Assembly (NCBI GenBank): GCA_964016885.1
Contig: OZ024740.1
Span: 294,438,001 to 294,502,000 of the forward strand
Direction of reading: 5' to 3'
From: Eledone cirrhosa
Lineage: Eukaryota
Length of the DNA stretch: 64,000 nt
The position numbers and the translations under genes were made by a program. This document shows positions 1-14,351 of this stretch, in pieces; the stretch's first letter is position 1; each line of letters begins with the position of its first letter. The notes under the pieces are model-generated. The model was not told where the DNA came from and made no database searches. It saw only the letters and a program-made list of their open reading frames with translations.

Positions 1-173
1 CACACATACAAGATAGGTAGCTAGACAGACATCACAATTGACAGAGAACACTGATTTCTGAATGAAAGCGTTTTAGTTCCATGAATTCTAAATATAAATT
101 TTAGAATGTTTTTAATAGACTGTAGCATCTGTGTGACAGACAGTCAACATGACTGTACAATCATTATAATATA

Positions 174-657
174 CTAGCAGAAAAACCACCCAAAGGGTGG
201 TTTTCTGCTAGCATGTGTAGTGTGTATATTGATATTATATGCAAGTATATATGCATGTAGATATGACCAAATAAAATCGTAATTGACAATATACACAGAA
301 ATTGAACGAAGACTGTGTTACACTGTCTTATGTAATCAGTAACGTAATCCATGATACATTAAAAAAAGACAATATTATATATAAACTGCATTAGGAGAAA
401 ATTAGTGACAGAAATATATGAATATTTATTTAAACGATCGCTAACTGGAAGTGTTGACATTTGAAAATTTTAAAGAAGTGAATCTTTAAATAAGTAATAA
501 AATATATTTAATGAACAGCCACGAAATTTAGTAGATAAATTATGTAATATTCATTCATTATTTATTCATTATTTATTCATTATTTATTCATTATTTATTC
601 CAACTTATTTTACTAAGGGGATAAAAAATTATAAACCGTACACAGTCCCGTGCTTCT
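174..657 (-). mobile_element. Non-autonomous Helitron-like element, copy 1
   Basis: Reverse complement aligns by eye with 32672-33163. Ends in hairpin CTAGCAGAAAACCACCC-ttt-GGGTGGTTTTTCTGCTAG followed by T (CTAG|T terminus); no TIR or TSD seen. Confidence 0.55.
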
Positions 658-894
658 TACTTTATTATAGTTTAGATATTGTGAGATTACTCTTTTAATA
701 ATCAACCTGCTTGAGACCAGCCTTACTAAAATTCCATTAAAGTCTCATTATAGCATAAATAATAATAACAGATTTCAGTTTACCAATGCCAGTCTAATAT
801 ATACCACCATATAAAGTTACAAATCTAACTAAATAATATATATATACATATAAAGTTACAGATATTTCACTAGACTTCTCCATAACCTTCATCT

Positions 895-1560
895 TCTTTG
901 TCTACTCACTCCTGAAAGTGTTATGGTGGCAGAGTCTTCAAGCAAGACCAGCCAAGCTCATGGATGTTATCCAACCATCTTGCCAGTTGGTTTTGCCCTT
1001 AAAATCCGTCCAGCGGTTTTTCCTTAGACATTCTGACCACATGTCCCTAGTATTAGAAATGACACCTCTTGGCAAAAATCTCATGATTTCTTGAAGACCT
1101 GCCATAGTGTGAATATTTGATCAGCTCTGCTGTCCAGGGCAAAAACCACCCTGTTTGTTAGCTAGCTTGTACTCAGCAATATTCCTACATCTCTATGCCA
1201 GATACTTAGCATAGACTTTACCAGGGAGATTTAATAAAGAGGTCCCTTGTCTCCCCCTTTTTTAAAAATTACAATAATCACTCCTAGTTACCATTGCTTT
1301 GGTGTCTTTCCCAAGATCCAGGCCACCTGGCACACATGTCAGTCAGAGAATACCTTGCTATTTAAGGCTTTTAACATCTTGGCTGAATTTTATCTTACCT
1401 GAGGCCTTGCCACATCTGAGCTCTTTAATTGCTCTGCTGACCTCAGCTTCGACATGATTAGTTATTGTTCCTAGATGCAGCTCATATACATCAGAAGATG
1501 TTGTTGTGACCAGATTTAGGAGATCAGCAAAGTATTCCTCTACCTTGTGAGGATGCACCT
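895..1560 (-). mobile_element. Decayed, internally deleted RTE-like LINE fragment
   Basis: RT-proximal peptide VEAEVSRAIKELRCGKASG in ORF 1358..1558; patches of similarity to 35500-36900 and 59470-59735. Confidence 0.6.
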
Positions 1561-1644
1561 CAGCGGGACTTGAATTATTTTGTTATTGTATATACTCTTA
1601 AACCAGGTTTTATTATATAGTTATTAGTAATGTTCTACGTATAA

Positions 1645-1800
1645 ATCTTGCTGAGGTCAACTTTGCCTTTCATCCTTACAGGATTGATAAAATAAAGTAC
1701 CAATAACACACTTTGGTCAATTTAATCGACATTCCCCTCCCCCCCCCAAATTGTTGGCCTTATGCTTAAATTAAAAATCATTGATATTATTATTATTATT
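1645..1800 (+). mobile_element. SINE family B fragment
   Basis: Shares the GAGGTCAACTTTGCCTTTCATCCTT...GATAAAATAAAGTACCA core with 31171-31363 and other copies. Confidence 0.7.
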
Positions 1801-2130
1801 TAACTAGTCTGAGTAACTAAGAGTCAACTAGACTGTAAATTTAGTTGCAGTTCTACAATTGGAAGCTGTTATATGAAGAATATTTAAATATCTCATAATA
1901 GAAGGATTACAATACAATAAATTACTTTATAATTAACACACATTTTTTTCAAAGAATACATTTCTGTATATTGAATGTCACTTTGGACATTAGATAAATG
2001 CAATATAGGCTGAATTATTAAAAAGTGGGTTTTGGGCAAAATATTTCATAAAACATCTTATTCAGAACTCATTCATGTATTTTAACTCATAACAGCCTGT
2101 ACTACATGAAACCTCATTAGCAAGACATTC

Positions 2131-2348
2131 TTAACCCTTTAGAATTTACATTACTCTATATTTACTATTATATTTTCATTGTAAAGGCTTTAACTCACAT
2201 AATTATCTCACTGAATATAAAATCTATGAGATTTTGATGTTATTTATTTTGCGAACAATAACTTTACATAAGTATGAGCGACCAGTTACAGCCAGTTTGA
2301 ACAGAAAGAGGTGAGAAAATTCTAGCCAGATATGACCGGTTTAAATGC
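2131..2348 (+). mobile_element. TTAA MITE (piggyBac-like), right end damaged
   Basis: Starts TTAACCCTTTAGAATTTACATTACTC; body matches 50524-50755. Confidence 0.75.
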
Positions 2349-2396
2349 CATAGAAAACAGAAAACAGTATGACTATCTCAATAAAACAAATTTTCA

Positions 2397-3060
2397 CAAT
2401 GCAGTGTGCAGGAGAGGAAATAGCATTGGTATGGACATGTGATGCATATGAAGGATGGCAGCTGTATAAAAAAGTGCAGAGCACTCAAAATCAATGGAAG
2501 CCATGAAGTGGGGAAAACCAGGAAGACTAGGGATGAGATGATAAAAGCTAACATTGCCCAATTGCACCCCTCAAAATTGATGAGACAGGACCGAGATCTC
2601 TGGCGTTACGCAGTGATACAGAAGACCCGACTTCCCACAGGCACAGGCTGTTGCTGAAGCATATGTATAGTATGCACCACCCTACTCCACCCACTCCCAT
2701 GAGGACAAGCTAAAGTATATATCTTGTGAAACCTCCAGTCCACACAGTAAAGTGGTCGTGATGGCAACACGGCAAAAAGCGCCCAGTCCACACAGTAAAG
2801 TGGTCGTGCAGGTGTCATGACAAAAAGCACCCAGTCCACACTGTAAAGTGGTCCCGTAGGTGTCATGACAAAAAGCACCCAGTACTCACTGTAAATGAGG
2901 TTGGTGTTAGGAAGGGCATCCAGCTGTAGAAACCAAGCCGAAATCGGTTCTGTATGAGCATGACATGGTCACCTGACCTGGCATTGCTTACAACAGGATA
3001 ACTCGTCAACCGATGCCAGCATGGAAAAAATGGACGTTAAACGGTGATGGTGATGATGAT
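2397..3060 (+). mobile_element. RTE LINE 3' end with four 48-bp 3'UTR repeats
   Basis: ORF C-terminus MKDGSCIKKCRAL...RDLWRYAVIQKTR, conserved GGTTGGTGTTAGGAAGGGCATCCAGCTGTAGAAA motif, (GAT)n tail; 48-bp units start at 2735, 2783, 2831 and 2879. Confidence 0.85.
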
Positions 3061-4383
3061 CTATTCATTAATAAAGATACTATAAATATTCGAATTAACA
3101 AACCCATTTTAGAATATTTTCTGCTAAATCATTACAGGATGTTAAAAGTTAAACTAAGTATAGATGCAGATACAACTATAAGAAAAGTAATAAAAGTGAG
3201 TCACTTTTGTTTGTCTACTAGGCATACATCACTCATGTATCTGCATTCACACTTAGTTTAAAATACATAAATATGTTTTATGTTCAATCCTAGATTAGCT
3301 CTCAAATCATTTAATCCTATTTATTTAAACACTGCAGACAATATTCTGTGTCTGTGTGTATTATTATTCACTATAAATTATATTGTATTATGTTACATCT
3401 GGATAGGAAGACAGAACAAACTTTCCTGTCATAATTAACTATCCTCCAGACAAATGTAAGTAGGTCAATAGCTTCCACAACCTTTCTGATTAAACTATAA
3501 ATATATTTTTAGTATGTCTCTCTCTCTGTCTTTGAGCTAAGAAGAAAGATGTTCCTTGGATAGTTCCAGCAACAGGCCAAACTTTTATAACTGACTTTCT
3601 TTATCTTTCTTACCCCTCCTCCCATATTTTCTCTATGCTACTCCTGTTCACAGGTTTGGCAACAAACACTTCTGCAGTAATATTACACTTATATTTTGTA
3701 GTAAGCTACAGTAGATAACAAAGAAAATCCTAACATGCATACAAGATATTTGTTTAAATATAATTACTAGAGAGTAATAAAATATGAAAATATTCTTATT
3801 AGTTATCAGGGTTGTTCAATGTGAAAGAACCATCTTTATGCTTACACACACACACACACAAGTCTTAGTTCTTCCTGCTCCCTGTGGAGCATAGGGCAAC
3901 ACATACACCATGTAAATATATACACACACCCCATATATATATACATACACACACCATATATACTTGGACCTTTTTCCATGAAAATATGTGAAAAACATCA
4001 GCATCTATTGGACCTACAAAACACTAAATCAAACTATATGGCACAGTGTAAAATGAGGTGTGACTTATGCATAAATGAATATATATATGAATGTATATAG
4101 AGTGTATTTTGCAATACACTGTATGCTTAATTAAAAGCATTTTGAAGACCTTACGCTATTGTTTTAAAGTAGTGACAATGTCACTTCTATTTTCAGCAAA
4201 CAAGGGGAGATAAGCTGACAGAGCTCTGTTTCGTACTTGTTGGTACTTATCAAAGCTCAGCACTCCTCCTGTCTGTTGAAAATTATGAATGTTGGATTCT
4301 TATAGAATTCCAGTAATAATCAGGAACTGATTATACAGAGCGGTTGCTGGTCCAGCAAAAATTGAAAATATATATATATATAT

Positions 4384-4717
4384 GGAGGCACATGGCTTAG
4401 TGGTTAGAGCATTGGCCTTGCAATTGAAAGGTTGTGGGTTCAATTCTCAGACCGGGTAATGTGTTGTTTCCTTGAGCAACACTTTATTTCACATTGCTCC
4501 AGTTTCCTCAGCTGTAGAAATGAGATGATAGGGACTGGGGTCCCTATCATTTCACTGCAAAGTGGTCGTGGAGGTGCCACGGCAAAAAAGCACCCAGCAC
4601 TCACTGTAAATGAGGTTGGTGTTAGGAAGGGCATCCAGCTGTAGAAATCAAGCCAGAATCTGTTCCCGTCCCATCCTTGCAAGCAGGGAAAAGCGGACGT
4701 AAAATGATGATGATGAT
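4384..4717 (+). mobile_element. SINE family A (tRNA head, central hairpin, RTE-derived tail)
   Basis: A box TGGCTTAGTGG, B-box-like GGTTCAATTC, hairpin ATGATAGGGAC-tggg-GTCCCTATCAT, 3' tail shared with the RTE 3'UTR, (TGA)n end; near-identical to 22538-22881. Confidence 0.9.
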
Positions 4718-4754
4718 ATACATTACACACATATCTGTATGTGGTTGACGGCTG

Positions 4755-5026
4755 AGAGAAAAGAGTACTCAATACCAAAGTAGAATTTTAATATTAAGGT
4801 TAAATAGTGAGTTTTGTTACTCTGGAGTTTCACCTGTTTATCTCAGGGTCATCAGACAGTTCTTGTATGATGACCCTGTGATAAACAGGCGAAACTCCAA
4901 TGTAACAAGATTCACTATTTAGCCTTAATAAAATGAACACACACACACATATATATATATATGTGTGTGTGATATATATGTGTGTGTGTGTGTATATATT
5001 CATTTTATTAAGGCTAAATAGTGAAT
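4755..5026. mobile_element. Fold-back Penelope-pLTR-like mini-element with two divergent hammerhead motifs
   Basis: Imperfect palindrome 4792-4857/4865-4930. Minus strand: CTGATGA-ccctgagataaacaggt-GAAA-ctccagag-TA. Plus strand: tcttgt-aTGATGA-ccctgtgataaacaggc-GAAA-ctccaatg-TA-acaaga. A second perfect 28-bp inverted repeat lies at 4910-4937/4999-5026. Confidence 0.75.
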
Positions 5027-5379
5027 GTTTAAGAGTTGGACAGAATGCCTTGCAGTATCTAATCACATTCTGTACATTCTGAGTTCAAATCCTACCTCCT
5101 TCTCTCAGGAGTTGTGACTGGCAGATAGTATCAGTAATGGAAACATTGTTTCTTTGGTTCAATCTGATGATTGGCTCCTTTCCTTTCCATATACATATAA
5201 TATATCATGTCTTGATACTTTGTGGACTAAGTTCCCAGTTTACAGGTCTCTGATATGATTGTTTTGTGTAGATAGGGTTTGTTAGTCATATTTTGTAACT
5301 TGTTATTTTGTAAAATATATAGTGTGTCTCTGTTTTAATTTTTATTTTTGGTGTTGATTATGGTGGACATTTTATATAG

Positions 5380-5706
5380 TGCAATGTAAGTGTGAGAGAA
5401 CAGTAGAACTTGGACAATTTGAGGGAGAAGCTGTGTTTAAGAGGAATCCCAGGTGGTGTGCATTGGGACAAACATGTGATGCACATGGATAATGATCATT
5501 GGGGGAAGAAGTGCCAGGAAACCCCAGTGGAAGAAAGCTGCAATAGAGATAGACAAGAAAAACCTGGGTTGAAGTGGTGAGAGCTGACCTCAAATCACTG
5601 AGACTCACAGAGATGATGATGGAACGCGATGAGTGGAGAGATGCTGTGCTAAAAAGGACCCGCCAATCCATGCAAGTGTGGAAAAACGGACTAATGAATA
5701 ATGATC
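5380..5706 (+). mobile_element. Old RTE LINE 3' fragment
   Basis: ...VVRADLKSLRLTEMMMERDEWRDAVLKRTR followed by an RTE-like tail GGAAAAACGGAC. Confidence 0.7.
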
Positions 5707-6840
5707 CTGTCAGACTCTACCTTGGTATTGAGTTACTCCTTCTTGCTATTGTCAACACCACATGGATGGATATATATATATATATATATATATACATATT
5801 TCTCATGTATTATGTTCAGTGTATTATAACTTTTCGTTCTTCTAAATGTTAGTACTCTCCCTCCAAAATATTTCACTGAGTTAATATATATTTTCCTCTT
5901 GCTGATTTGTCTAATCTTGCATCCTTTTTAAAATTTGATTACAATTTAATTACAGTCCAGTAACTTCTAATTAAAGAATAACATTTGTTTTTTTCTCCAA
6001 CTAATATGCTAGTAGTGACACAAGCCTGACTAATGAGTCTTATAATAACCACCCCCTTGAAATTTACAGCTCACTCCTACAGAGGTTTAACTGGCTTCCT
6101 ATGAGGTTGCATTTCATAACAGGTTTCTTGGATGTTTTGATGTTAGGGACCCAGTCCTAACATGAAAATTAACGTGCCATCTTGTTCAAGAATCAAACCT
6201 ATGATCTTATGAACAGGAGTCCAGCACCCTAACCACTAGGCCATGAACCTTCACCTTTAATAACGCCAAAATATGGAAAGTTAGTGAAATCGGTCTAAAC
6301 ATAAGAGAACTTAGTAAAAAGGTGATTGTTTGTTATCCTACAACTTGTTTGCTAACTTACAGAAGAAGACGAGAGAAGCATTATAACAAACATTTTCCCA
6401 CTAAATAGTTATTTATAGCAACAATAGACTCTTTATAGAACCTGGTGATCAGCTGGCCAATGATGTTGTCACCTACATGAAACATCTAAATACATATCAA
6501 AGCCATTTCTTCATCCAAGAGAGATCAATTGATATTTCCTAGATCTACAATGTATTTTGTATCCTCTAAAGTAGTAAACAGAGGAATTTTCATCCACTCA
6601 TCATTTTTCACTTAATTGACATTGTATAAAAACAACTAACCAAATCTATATTATTTTTCCACATTTTCTAACATAGTAGTCTAAAAGTAATTTCACAAAC
6701 AAAAATATTTTAAAATACATGGTGTATATCTTGAACACAGAGACTGGATATTGTACATACATTTCATTTTGACACAATATTTACATTTTATTTCACTTAA
6801 TATTGCTTGATTTTATCTAGACCAATATTTGCCAAATGTT

Positions 6841-7090
6841 AAGGCATGTGGGCCAATGGTTAAAGAGTTGGGCTCACAATCATAAGGTCATGCGTTGTTT
6901 TATTTCATATTGCTCCACTCCATTTAGCTGGGGTGAAAAATGAGTACCAGCAACAGCTTGGGGTTGAGGAGGTAACTTTGTGACAGACTAGGTTCAATCC
7001 AGGAAGGATTCTTGACCCTAGGTTGCTTAAAATTCATGAAACTGGTATAAGCTCTGACCTGATGAGCCTCTAGGCTTGAGACAGATTTCT
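6841..7090 (+). mobile_element. SINE family C (tRNA head, distinct 3' tail)
   Basis: tRNA-like head and CAGCTG...AAAATGAGTACCAG core; tail TAAGCTCTGACCTGATGAGCCTCTAGGCTTGAGACAGA is shared with 45215-45465 and 58985-59338. Confidence 0.65.
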
Positions 7091-7540
7091 TCTTACATAA
7101 TATTTGCAGAGGATAGGTGTAAATGCTGTAAACCTTAGTCATTTACTGGTGGTACCTATTTTATTAATAATAAAGGATTGAAAGGTAAATTTAATTCTAA
7201 ATATCCTGTAATGATTTAGCTGAAAATATCTAAAAGCTGGTTTGTTATTTCAAATGTTTATGATATCTTAGTGGACAGAATGCTGTGAAAATTTGCAGCA
7301 AACTAAATTAAAGTAAAGACTTTAATGTTTAATGTGATGGAGGCATAGTGCTGTTTTATACTTTTCAAAAATATCTTATCAATGTAGTCTCAAGAAGTAC
7401 AAGATGTTAAGAGTTAACAAAGAGTTAAGATAGCTCAGATAGTAGCTTAACAAAACTAAGCTTTGTAAAGCATCTGATCCAGTAATCCTTTACCACTTCA
7501 GCAGAATCACCAAATAGTATATTATAGTATTTGAAGATAG

Positions 7541-7747
7541 TTTAACTCTTTTGACACCAACTTAACCAAAGCTACCCCTCATTCTGATACAAAACCTATT
7601 TTAAAATGTCCAGACTTAAATTAAATATGTCATAGTTTTATTATTAAAAAGAAAATTGTTAAAGTTATATTCCAAAAATTAACTTTAATAATGAAAAGTT
7701 AATTAAAGCAATATATTTCATTAAAAAAATAGCAATAAAAGAATTAA
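7541..7747 (+). mobile_element. Second TTAA-flanked MITE family (decayed)
   Basis: TTAACTCTTTTGACACC...AATAAAAGAATTAA; related pieces at 25873-26107, 54900-55085, 58345-58570 and 63700-63850. Confidence 0.5.
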
Positions 7748-8177
7748 TGTGGAATCATAACCTCATTTTTAAAAAACATGTGGGAAGTGATTTCATATTT
7801 CAGTACAGTTGACTTATTTTATCTTAATTGGTTATATTCATCAACATAATCTGCTTTCAGGACTGTTTTTCTTTAACAGTCACATATGTACTAACACATA
7901 TACACAGATTTATGTCAAAAGACAATTTTTCAGTTATACTTATGTGCATGTGTGTGTGTGTGGATGCATGCACCTCTGTGTATGAATTATATTTGAGAAA
8001 TGTAAATAAGATAAAGAAATATTACCTAATTACTTAAAGAGTCCCTACAGCAGTTTCATTGAGCAAAACTCAGCATTTAGTGCTGTGAAAATCTCAAATC
8101 GACAGGGAACATTTCCAAACGAGAAAGTATTCAACTGAATTACCTGCTACCAAAATTGGTAGCTGTTGGACTCCCTC

Positions 8178-8359
<182 letters not shown>

Positions 8360-8393
8360 AGATTTGAATGGATACAGTTTAGTTGAAAGGAAT

Positions 8394-8510
8394 TTATTGA
8401 CACGTGTTTCTATAACAGTTACATAACCTAAAACAGCTATCTACAAACTTTTAGTTATGCAGACATTCAATATTTCAATGTTATTGTTTACTGTCATTTC
8501 ATCAGAATAA
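8394..8510 (-). ncRNA. Type I hammerhead ribozyme motif with 88-nt expanded stem II
   Basis: Minus strand: TTATT-CTGATGA-aATGACAGT...ACTGTTATa-GAAA-CACGTG-TC-AATAA. Stem I is TTATT/AATAA, stem III is the palindrome CACGTG, and the predicted cleavage triplet is GUC. Confidence 0.65.
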
Positions 8511-8854
8511 TATTACTGAGGACCTATTTAGTTTTTATAGAGAATATTAGGAGGAAGGGGTGAAGTTGTTAGAAGAATAGTTGAAGGAGTGGTTTTTCTA
8601 TAGCAGTGAGAATTCTTGGTGGCAGTGATTAATTAGATTCCCATCTGTTGTTTTGACATTTTTTATAGAATATATTATTGGTTATTTTTCTAAATCTATA
8701 GAAGGATTAGAGATAGTAAAGATATGCGTGGTTGGTTTTGTGTTTGCACTTAACATTCAGACTAATTTTTCTTTCAAAAGTGTACGTATTCTTTCACCCA
8801 CGCATTCACACACAAATATATTTGCACACCTCTACAAAATACATATACTTACAA

Positions 8855-12497
<3,643 letters not shown>

Positions 12498-12905
12498 CTA
12501 TCTATCTAAGGCGGGTAAAATTCCCGAGATCCATGGACGAGTTCTCTCCAGCGGTCTCTGTCCCTCATTATCGCTGCCATATCCTGCATCTCCAACAGAC
12601 CAGTGTCTGTCCTTAGGGCATCAACATATGTTAACCTTGGTCTTCCTCTTCTAGTGTGTCCATGTAGGGGCTCCCAAAGGAGCACTGAGTGCAATGTCAA
12701 CTCTGGATGTCGGTGAGCATGTCCAGCCAACCTCAATCTCCTCTGTGTCACTTTTGAGCTGACTTTTGGGATTATATTATCATTGCTGTAGTGGAGTCTG
12801 TGCTGCTGTGTGGGTCTGAGACTTGGACACTGACCAAGAGACTCACTCAGATGGTGGATGGGTGTTACACGAGAATGCTGAGGATGGCTCTGAACATTAA
12901 TCAGT
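12498..12905 (-). mobile_element. RTE-clade LINE 3' end with inverted 5' segment
   Basis: Minus 12509-~12775 encodes [24 protein letters not shown]...[10 protein letters not shown]...RDRWR with a (TAGA)n tail. Plus 12781-12905 encodes the immediately upstream [15 protein letters not shown]...[10 protein letters not shown]. Confidence 0.85.
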
Positions 12906-12937
12906 ATATATACATATATACATATATATATATATAC

Positions 12938-12968
<31 letters not shown>

Positions 12969-13055
12969 CATATATACATATATATATATACAAATATATA
13001 CATATATATACATACAATATTAAATAAATGGAAACTATATTTATAAAACCATATT

Positions 13056-13121
13056 TATTTCATTATATATATTTCAGGGATATCATATTAACAATATGCT
13101 ATGCCTTCCTCAGACAAAATA
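13056..13121 (-). ncRNA. Minimal type I hammerhead ribozyme motif in a Penelope-pLTR-like fragment (13012-13215)
   Basis: TATTTTGT-CTGAGGA-AGGCATAGCATATT-gtt-AATATGATATCCCT-GAAA-TATATA-TA-ATGAAATA; downstream flank homologous to the arms of the 37871-38214 palindrome. Confidence 0.75.
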
Positions 13122-13355
13122 CAATATAAACAGTTTTATAGATAAATAGATTCGACATACCGTAACAACATCGACTTACATTTGAAGAGGTTGATTTGGC
13201 AGTGAAAAAATTGTACACAGAGAGAAAGAAAGAGAGAAAAAAGAAAGACAGAAAACGAAGAAAAGGAAGAAAAAGAAGAAATGCATGGAACAAAATATAT
13301 ATACATATATATATATACATATGTATATATACATATGTATATATATATATATATA

Positions 13356-13685
13356 CATCATCATCATCACCGTTTTACGTCCGTTCTTCCACGCTAGCAT
13401 GGGTTAGACGGGTTGTCCTGTTATGGGCAGTGTCTGGTTGGCTGACCATGCCTTGCTCATACAGGAACTGATCTGGCTTGATTTCTACAGCTGGATGCCC
13501 TTCCTAACACCAACCTCATTTACAGTGAGTGCTGGGTGCTTTTTCGTGGCGCCTACACGTCCACTTTACAGTGTGGGCTGGGTGCTTTTTTGCCGTGGCA
13601 CCTCCACGACCACCTTGCGGTGGGGGGTGTGGGGGCATATTGTCTATATGCTTCAGCTTGTACCCATGGGAGGTCGGGTACTCCG
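13356..13685 (-). mobile_element. RTE LINE 3'UTR/tail (heavily 5'-truncated)
   Basis: Nearly identical to 14352-14642 and to the reverse complement of 16870-17183; (CAT)n tail. Confidence 0.9.
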
Positions 13686-14294
13686 TTGGCAAATCACTGA
13701 TGAGTGACTCATTTTATAACATGTTATCCATGTTCAACCTGCAGTATTCTTCTCCCCATTTTTTCACATATATTTACCTAAACTGCGATTCTGTTTTTCT
13801 CTCTCGCTCTCTTACTGCTCCCTCGTTCTCTCTGTTTCTCTTACTTTCTTTCGCCCCCTCTGTCATGTCAGTTAACACTTTCTCTCTACTGACCTCTTCC
13901 TCACACTTCCACTCACTCACTTACTGTTTCTCCCCTTCTCACTTCACCCCGTTCGCAACGAAAACAATTTCCTTCTTTCTTACATTGGATTCATCTCGAA
14001 AGGTCTATTTTCTACGCGTTCATATATTCACCCAGCTTATGCTGATAGAATAACTATGTAGCTTGTGCCTCTTCCTATCTACGGTTAGCTTTTCTCTTTG
14101 TTGTTTACTTGTCTCACTCGCTTTACGCGTTTTAATTGTCCTAATAACTTAATTTAGTTATTATTGCACCAACGTGGGGTATATGATTTTTAATGCAATG
14201 AAATATCTATGATCATTGGCAAATCGCTGATGAGGGACACATTTTATAACATGTTATCCATGTGCAACCTGCAGTATTCTTCTCCCCATTTTTT

Positions 14295-14303
<9 letters not shown>
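13686..14303. repeat. Unclassified ~530-bp unit with ~88-bp direct terminal repeat
   Basis: 13686-13773 is repeated at 14216-14303 (TTGGCAAATCrCTGATGAG...CCCCATTTTTTCACATATAT); pyrimidine-rich interior. Confidence 0.7.

Positions 14304-14351
<48 letters not shown>

Noticed and set aside
4384-4455. tRNA gene
   Set aside because: A/B boxes continue directly into a SINE body present in five copies; no acceptor stem or terminator.
7059-7085. Hammerhead-like CTGATGA-GCC-tcta-GGC
   Set aside because: Followed by TTGAGAC rather than GAAA; it is the SINE C tail, and another copy reads CTGATAAG.
7990-8075. Minus-strand GAAA-CTGCTG-TA hammerhead half next to a TA tract
   Set aside because: No intact CTGAnGA partner; probably another decayed relic but not supportable.
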